44,971 nucleotides of DNA from Octopus bimaculoides (Eukaryota): positions 16,492,270 through 16,537,240 of the forward strand of contig NC_068982.1 in assembly GCF_001194135.2 (NCBI RefSeq), in the 5' to 3' direction. The notes under the pieces were generated by a model. It was not told where the DNA came from and made no database searches. It was given only the letters and a program-made list of their open reading frames with translations. The stretch's first letter is position 1. Each line of letters opens with the position of its first letter. The translations under genes were made by a program, and so were the position numbers. This document shows, piece after piece, positions 36,975 through 44,971 of this stretch.

Positions 36975-37030
36975 GGTTACTACAGATGATACCTACAAAA
37001 TAAGCGAAACTAGATCTAGTCAGGTGGTTC
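36975..37030 (+). ncRNA. Possible degenerate hammerhead motif immediately 3' of the Tx1 TSD
   Basis: CAGATGA (36983-89, U4>A), GAAA (37006-09), perfect palindrome ACTAGATCTAGT and a GTC triplet. Stem I is wobble-rich and stem II is poor. Confidence 0.4.
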
Positions 37031-37079
37031 TAGAAACGGCCATGGGGCGGTTACCTCCCCTATATATAATATGAATAGA

Positions 37080-37270
37080 TAACTTTCCTCCTTTACTTGT
37101 TTCAGTCATTTACACTGCTGGAGCACCGCCTTAAATGGTTTGCTGGAACAAATCGATCGCAGGACTTCCTTTTCTCTTGAACCTAGTACTCATTCTATCG
37201 GTCTGTTTAACTTAATTGCTAAGTTACGGGTATGTAAACACACAAACACCGGTAGGCAAGTGGCGGTAGA
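37080..37270 (-). mobile_element. 3' part of the SINE family at 18926-19695
   Basis: TTTACTTGTTTCAGTCATTT...GCTGGAGCACCGCCTT is the reverse complement of 19615-19685. Confidence 0.8.
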
Positions 37271-37274
37271 GAGA

Positions 37275-37450
37275 CAAGCATTGTCCAGATGAAGCAAGAA
37301 CTCTGTCGTCAGCTATTCTGGCCGTTTGGTCTTGATAGACTTTCGTAATTACCTCAGCAAGTTGGCATTGTTCTCTCAATTTAAGATGTGGTCACAACAA
37401 CTGTTAGAACTTTTTGATCACGTGACTGCCGTCAACCAACCACATTGTGT
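37275..37450 (-). mobile_element. mariner-like transposase fragment
   Basis: Minus-strand translation ANLLR*LRKSIKTKRPE*LTTEFLLHLDNA matches the mariner stretch leading to the second catalytic D (HDNA motif). Confidence 0.6.
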
Positions 37451-37926
37451 CTTTAGAAAGAAGGCAATTCTGAGCCACCATCTCTGTATAAAATAGTGGT
37501 AACTGTTAAATCCCATGCAGATGCGAGACCCTACAACCATATCGGAGAACTATAAATGGCTTGTTGTTTTTCAACTCACTTTTTATTCAATGTAAGGTGC
37601 TGCAGACAATTATGGTTTCTGATCACAGTGAGACTAAAACTTTAGCACCCGCTGATTGATAAACCGGACACGTTTTAATTTCCTGTCAAAGACTCTATTA
37701 CTTGATTTGGATATATTTATGTAAACTAATTTTGATCTTCGTATCATTGTAAAAATTTTATTACCTGATCTGAATATTTTAATGTAAACTGTTTCTTAAC
37801 TCATCACAGAGGATACATATAGCCCCAAATCTGATTTGTCAAAACCTTTTTAAGTAAGTGAAACCGGTTAAATTAATAAATATTTTAAAAAGACTCCAGC
37901 ATTTGAGATTCTCTTCGTTATATATG

Positions 37927-37963
<37 letters not shown>

Positions 37964-37966
37964 GCT

Positions 37967-37995
37967 CTAGCAATGCATCCCGGTTTTGCCCGGGT
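37967..37995 (-). mobile_element. Helitron-type 3' terminus (GC hairpin plus CTAG)
   Basis: Minus strand reads ACCCGGGCAAAACCGGGATGCATTGCTAG: a 5-bp CCCGG/CCGGG hairpin 8 nt before a terminal CTAG. The next base is A rather than the canonical T. Confidence 0.6.
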
Positions 37996-38991
37996 GTTAT
38001 GACGTACAACCACATGGTCAGTATTGGCACAGCTGATATGTAGTTAAGAGCATAATGGAAGTTATTGTTTGTTTAAAGTCAAAGAAGGGGAATATAATTT
38101 GCATGGGTTTGCATGGAAGTGTTTTCTGTTCTTAAGAAGGATCAGAAATTATGTAGTGTTTCATCGTATAAATGAGGTTAATACGGTTTTGTCCACAATT
38201 TCTTAATTTGTAACTTCTTTTCGAACTTCTTTTTTTATCTACGTAGAGAAATACAGAGACTACGAATCTGGGAAATATATAAACTTTTTATTGTTTAATT
38301 TTTCTTAAAGAAGCACTCAGTGTCCCTTCCCCCACCTCATCCACCCATCACCTATCCACTTTCAAAAAGCTAAAATCTCCCAATCTTGATTTTCGTCTGA
38401 TGTTTCCCGTATGCGTAGAATTCTGCTGAAATAGCAGACGTAAGAAATACCAGATCACCACCAGAAAACCCGACATGCTAGAAACAACAGGCAAATGTCA
38501 TTATTTCTGAAGAAACTTACTCGCTTTCCAAAAAGCTAAAAGTGAAACATTGGAAGTGTGTAGCTTTTTGAAAGTGGTGAGGTGATGGGTAAAATTCTTG
38601 CTCTGTCTTTTCTCCATGGATTCCACGGAAAAAATTTGGAAAATGTAAAAAATGAATTTCAGGTGGAGAGAAAATTGAAATATTGAAAACGTGTTTTGTG
38701 GATGAAATCCTAATCTCCTGTACGACATACATAGGAATCGGGAGGAAATTTAGAAAATAAATAAGTGTGTGGGCGGAAATGTCACCTCGGGCATGCTAGA
38801 AAGAAATGGTAAAGGACAGGATTTCCGGGAAAACTTCCCTTTAAGTTTATATCGAAGATCAGGTTTTTAAATACGCCCATCACAAACACAAATTACAGAA
38901 TAGAAAAAGATCATTTCAGTTGGATTGAGCTGTAAATTTGTGCGTGTACAGAGGAAGAAATAACATAATTCGTACGGAAGTTTTAGCTAGA

Positions 38992-39037
<46 letters not shown>

Positions 39038-39489
39038 GTGCGTGCGCGTGCATGTATATGTCAAAGGAAGTTACTTTATGGTATTCTATCGTTTAAACAA
39101 AGCAAAGTTGTAAACTTGATCATATGGCATCATATGATTGTTCGTTAATTTCCATAAAGATTATTTAATTTCTTTATACCTTGAAGAGAGGAGAAAGTCA
39201 AAAGGCGACAGTTGCTTTGAAGTGAGAGTAGAACGTGAAAGAGAGGAGAAAGTGAAAGATGTATGTAGGTGAAAGAGAGAGAGAAAGATAGTAAGAAAGA
39301 AAGATAGAGTGAGAGAAAGAGAGAGTGAGTAAGTGAGTGAAGGTGTGTGTTCTAATGTATGAATGTTTTTGTATGTATGTGTAAGTGGAATTCACTCGCT
39401 CTTCTTCTCTCACACGCACATTATGTTTCATATACACGTACATATATAAGGGGAGGTAAAGAATAGGCACACCACTCGTTTTTAGCGTA

Positions 39490-39545
39490 ATCCTAACCCC
39501 AACCCTAAACCTAAACCTAAACCTAACGCTAACCCTAATCCTTAA
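39490..39545. repeat. Degenerate telomere-like (CCCTAA/CCTAAA)n tract
   Basis: TAATCCTAACCCCAACCCTAAACCTAAACCTAAACCTAACGCTAACCCTAATCCTTAAC. Confidence 0.8.
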
Positions 39546-39585
39546 CACCGGGTCTGCGCATTCTTTACTTTCACCCATAAGTGTA

Positions 39586-39676
<91 letters not shown>

Positions 39677-39989
39677 GAGTGACTGTATTTCCTCATAGCA
39701 TATAAAGAAATGGATGTTTGTTAATGCAATTTTTTGGTTGTGGCTTATTTTAATACAATATCTATGTGTGCATTTTCATAAATGTTTGTCTGAGTACAAT
39801 TCTGTGCATTCGTGAAGCGTCAAACGAAAATGAAACATTAGAAGGAGATAGAAGTATTGTTCGAAAATGATCTCAAATTGTGTAGCCCATCCTAGTTTCC
39901 GAGGTTATTTAGTTGTGAAAAAGAGTTGTTGTGCCATAAACACAGTTTATTTAGTAGATAGATATTATAATACAGCTGTGACTAATTCG

Positions 39990-40385
39990 AAAAAATATTG
40001 CTTTCATTATTCAACATCGTCAATCTCGTAATCCAACACTTTGTAATTTCGGTTGAAATTGTGTGAAACTATTTTCATTTTCTAATGAAATCTGGTCGTT
40101 GTTGAGAAGTGTATTGCAAATACCTAAAGCTGGTTGTTGAGATAACATAGAAAATATGTAAATGAAAATAAAGTTTATTTGACATGTGTAATTGATTTGA
40201 TTGTTCTGGTCTTAACATCAGTTGGTAAGAATAGAGGCCATTTGACAACACCTTTTTGTTTGTAATTGGTTCTCCTGTTGCAAGTTCTATCCGTGGAATA
40301 TTGAAATGATACCCATCTTGCCCATTCCACAGAATAAGAGGATACTGGAGAGCATCATAAGAAGGTTCAGTCTGGGAAACACGTT
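39990..40385 (-). mobile_element. Helitron Rep/helicase coding fragment
   Basis: Minus-strand translation RVSQTEPSYDALQYPLILWNGQDGYHFNIP...KKVLSNGLYSYQLMLR matches the SYDALQYPL...GxDGYH motif upstream of the Helitron Rep domain. Confidence 0.8.
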
Positions 40386-41090
40386 TAAGTTTACATTATT
40401 TACATTTGACAGATTTTGGTGCTAGTAGCCGCGCTCTTAACCACTACGCCATATGTCTGCTTCCTGTCCAAGCTTTACGCATTCGCCACCACAACCTCGT
40501 TTAGGCTTAGCAGCCCTTCCTGTTTGTTTTCACTGTCCTGTTTGTGTTACCGATTTTGACCCTCTGCAAAATCCCAAATTTTATTTAATTTGCTTTGCGG
40601 AGGCAACTGCTTTATCGAAAGCGAATATTGTTGTTAAATGCTCGAAATACGAGACTAGAAAAAACACCCAACAACTGATGAAGGGTCGTTCTTTATGTTG
40701 TTCGTCTTGTTTTCCATTTGTGTCTTTTGTTGTTCGAAAATCTAGTTCATATACTATGTAGTCATACTTCGTATCTTTTTGTTGTACATGTTTCATGATG
40801 TCCTGTGCCCACATATGCATATANNNNNNNNNNNNNNNNNNNNNNNNNNNNNNNNNNNNNNNNNNNNNNNNNNNNNNNNNNNNNNNNNNNNNNNNNNNNN
40901 NNNNNNNNNNNNNNNNNNNNNNNNNNNNNNNNNNNNNNNNNNNNNNNNNNNNNNNNNNNNNNNNNNNNNNNNNNNNNNNNNNNNNNNNNNNNNNNNNNNN
41001 NNNNNNNNNNNNNNNNNNNNNNNNNNNNNNNNATATATATATATATATACGTATAGATGTAAGTAGTTACATATACGTATGTATATATGC

Positions 41091-41134
<44 letters not shown>

Positions 41135-41829
41135 AGAGGTATTGGTATCTAGATGACCCAAAGAATAGCCGGTAACGCTAAGTAAGTGCAATAGACAGAC
41201 CGAAGTTAAATTCCTGGTGCGATAGTGATATGACTGAGGAGTGTATTGTGGGCCTTGTTTTAGCACGCATATATTTCTTAGACAAAATGAGATAACAATG
41301 CCAAGGCTGTGAGAAGTTTTCAGGACATTTGTAAGGAAAAGCTATAAATATAGTCTTAAAGCTGCTTCTGGAATATTATGGATATCCTTTCATCTGAGAC
41401 GATGTGGGATGGTTAAAAAGAGGTAAATATTTGAGTTCGAAATAAGGAATTATTATTAATTTGACGTCCGTACTTCTTCAGTGATGTCGCTAAAATTAAT
41501 GCATAATTTTAGTACCCTCTCTGAAGTGCGGATAGTAAATTAATTTATTTGCTTATTGATACAGATACTCGAGTCTGAGGGTAACTACAAACATTATTTT
41601 TATTTTCATTCCCTTTGAAATTGCTCTTATTCGTTGTTTGGGCTTTAACTGCCCTTTCCAGCATATAAGATGTCCTGTTAAAGGTGTATAGATACGTAAA
41701 TTGTTTGTACACTATTTTATATGAAAATATGTTGACTATTGACTTTATTACACATGCTGGTCATCGATATGAAAATTTCTGTAAATTTTCTACGCTTATT
41801 ATATTCAAAGTGTATATATATATACATAT

Positions 41830-42100
41830 GTACCATTGCTTTGTTGATTTGAGCAAAGCATTCGATACTGTTAATCGAAGTGCTCTGTGGTTAATTCTGG
41901 GGAAAATTGGTTGCCCAGAAAAGTTTATAAACATGGTCAAGGCTTTGCATCAGGATATGAGAGCTAGGGTTAATTTTGGTGGTAGGCTTTCTGAATCTTT
42001 TGCTGTGGAAAATGGAGTAAAGCAGGGAGACCTTGATGCACCCACCCTCTTTGCAATATACTTTGCCGTTGTGGTGTCACATTCCTTTCAAAACTCTAGA
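41830..42100 (+). mobile_element. RTE-clade LINE reverse transcriptase fragment
   Basis: CFVDLSKAFDTVNRSALWLILGKIGCPEKFINMVKALH...NGVKQGDLDAPTLFAIYF. Confidence 0.88.
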
Positions 42101-42112
42101 TAACAATGGGTC

Positions 42113-42152
<40 letters not shown>

Positions 42153-42980
42153 NNNNNNNNNNNNNNNNNNNNNNNNNNNNNNNNNNNNNNNNNNNNNNNN
42201 NNNNNNNNNNNNNNNNNNNNNNNNNNNNNNNNNNNNNNNNNNNNNNNNNNNNNNNNNNNNNNNNNNNNNNNNNNNNNNNNNNNNNNNNNNNNNNNNNNNN
42301 NNNNNNNNNNNNNNNNNNNNNNNNNNNNNNNNNNNNNNNNNNNNNNNNNNNNNNNNNNNNNNNNNNNNNNNNNNNNNNNNNNNNNNNNNNNNNNNNNNNN
42401 NNNNNNNNNNNNNNNNNNNNNNNNNNNNNNNNNNNNNNNNNNNNNNNNNNNNNNNNNNNNNNNNNNNNNNNNNNNNNNNNNNNNNNNNNNNNNNNNNNNN
42501 NNNNNNNNNNNNNNNNNNNNNNNNNNNNNNNNNNNNNNNNNNNNNNNNNNNNNNNNNNNNNNNNNNNNNNNNNNNNNNNNNNNNNNNNNNNNNNNNNNNN
42601 NNNNNNNNNNNNNNNNNNNNNNNNNNNNNNNNNNNNNNNNNNNNNNNNNNNNNNNNNNNNNNNNNNNNNNNNNNNNNNNNNNNNNNNNNNNNNNNNNNNN
42701 NNNNNNNNNNNNNNNNNNNNNNNNNNNNNNNNNNNNNNNNNNNNNNNNNNNNNNNNNNNNNNNNNNNNNNNNNNNNNNNNNNNNNNNNNNNNNNNNNNNN
42801 NNNNNNNNNNNNNNNNNNNNNNNNNNNNNNNNNNNNNNNNNNNNNNNNNNNNNNNNNNNNNNNNNNNNNNNNNNNNNNNNNNNNNNNNNNNNNNNNNNNN
42901 NNNNNNNNNNNNNNNNNNNNNNNNNNNNNNNNNNNNNNNNNNNNNNNNNNNNNNNNNNNNNNNNNNNNNNNNNNNNNNNN

Positions 42981-43026
<46 letters not shown>

Positions 43027-43584
43027 AACACACACATATAATATACATATATTCTTTAATTCTTTAATTCACTTTCATGTACTGCCTGAAGGAACCGTCA
43101 GAAACATGGCCGGGAATGTATAATGAACAATTACAAGAAGTCAATGATATGTACTTACAAATTTCCATTTTTAATCAGTAGCTGCAGTTTAGAGGAAGAA
43201 AATAAAATGGTAAGATCCAGGAAAGTTAGTAAAACTGCTTGCGTTATCCGTCACAGTATACCTATTGAACATGTACTTAGCAGTAAACTTATACCAGTGA
43301 CGTGTGAGATACTTCCACCGACGTCAGAGTGAGTTTCGTTATCATGACGAAATCATTTCCTTGTTGCTCAAACCACGTCATGTATGACTAAGTTATAGAC
43401 GGCAGCTTCATGTTTAACACCTACAATTCGTTTACCTTCTTGTTCTGTACATTTATTTTGGACTTATCAGGCAAGAAAGAAATGAACGTATCATATTTTA
43501 TATGACCTAAATTGGCTAGAGATTGTAGGAGCACGTTCCAAAACGTTTTATATAAATTGCCTTAAAATATATATATATATATAT

Positions 43585-44280
<696 letters not shown>

Positions 44281-44728
44281 TAAATAGAAAGATAAATAGA
44301 TGAAGAGTTGGTAAGGATATAAAATAACACCTACGTACGTTTCAATTCAGACCAATATATAATTGCAAATTCAAAGATTGGAATACATCTGAAGATTAGA
44401 ATAAAATAGCATTTTGAATAATATTGAGTAAAGTTCCACCAGGGCTAGAGTGCAACCGAAATAGTTACATGTTGATGGATTTGAATTTATTAATACGCTA
44501 AGAAAATTAAGAAATATATATTGTTATACCGTGTATAGTTTTTAAAAAACGATATTAAAAACTAAAATTATAGTATTGGGATAAAAAATAAAAATAAACT
44601 ACAAATAATTAATATACATGATGCAATAAAATAAAAAATAAAAACCATTAAATCTGTAAGTTTGTATTAGTTTACATAATCAATGTATATTACTGCCTCT
44701 TTTACTATCTTTCATTCTCTTTTACTAA

Positions 44729-44911
44729 TACAGTTCTATATTTAAGAGAGGAGGAATTATGTACATTATTTACATTATTTACATTTGACGGATATTTGTC
44801 CTCATTTTGTTTGTTGGTAACACAACGTTTCGGCTGATATACTCTCCAGCCTTCATCAGGTGTCTTGGTGAAATTTCGAACCTGGGTTCTGATTCCTAAG
44901 GTATTTTTCGA

Positions 44912-44915
<4 letters not shown>
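44729..44915 (-). mobile_element. Solitary Penelope-like terminal-repeat fragment next to (ATT)n
   Basis: Contains the minimal hammerhead at 44819-44864. Its ACATTATTTACATTTGAC segment recurs near 40390. Confidence 0.7.
44819..44864 (-). ncRNA. Minimal type I hammerhead ribozyme with intact core
   Basis: Minus strand reads GACAC-CTGATGA-A-GGCTG-GAGAGTATAT-CAGCC-GAAA-CG-TT-GTGTT. Stem I has 5 bp (one G-U), stem II is a perfect 5 bp, and the palindromic AACGTT stem III is typical of dimer-forming PLE hammerheads. Confidence 0.85.
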
Positions 44916-44960
<45 letters not shown>

Positions 44961-44971
44961 AGATCAAGAAA

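Noticed and set aside
40675-40745. CTGATGA...GAAA as a sixth hammerhead
   Set aside because: AGGG has no complementary stem II partner, and stems I and III do not form.

Overview
Eukaryotic, AT-rich, microsatellite-dense scaffold with many N gaps. The tRNA-derived SINE families and repeat make-up look like an octopus genome (inference from recognition, no search run). I can support one host gene: the last two coding exons (523-642 and 9521-9676, + strand, ~8.9 kb phase-0 intron) of a CD225/dispanin (IFITM/PRRT-like) membrane protein whose 5' exon(s) lie upstream of the window. Almost everything else is decayed mobile DNA. It includes a head-to-tail stack of R4/Dong-like RLE LINEs in TAA arrays (11.3-18.0 kb) and a 5'-truncated Tx1/L1-clade LINE with a 16-bp TSD (32.7-37.0 kb). 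There are also Naiad-type Penelope-like elements with GIY-YIG domains, several hammerhead-ribozyme motifs, RTE, Helitron and mariner fragments, a non-coding LTR element and about ten SINE copies or fragments. The most notable observations are a 3' tail and small hairpin shared between a SINE and two Tx1-like LINEs, five hammerhead-like motifs of different architecture, and a Tx1 insertion site next to one of them. I found no prokaryote-type system (CRISPR, operon). Most long ORFs in the track are microsatellite or N-gap artefacts. All alignments were done by eye, and element boundaries are approximate unless stated.
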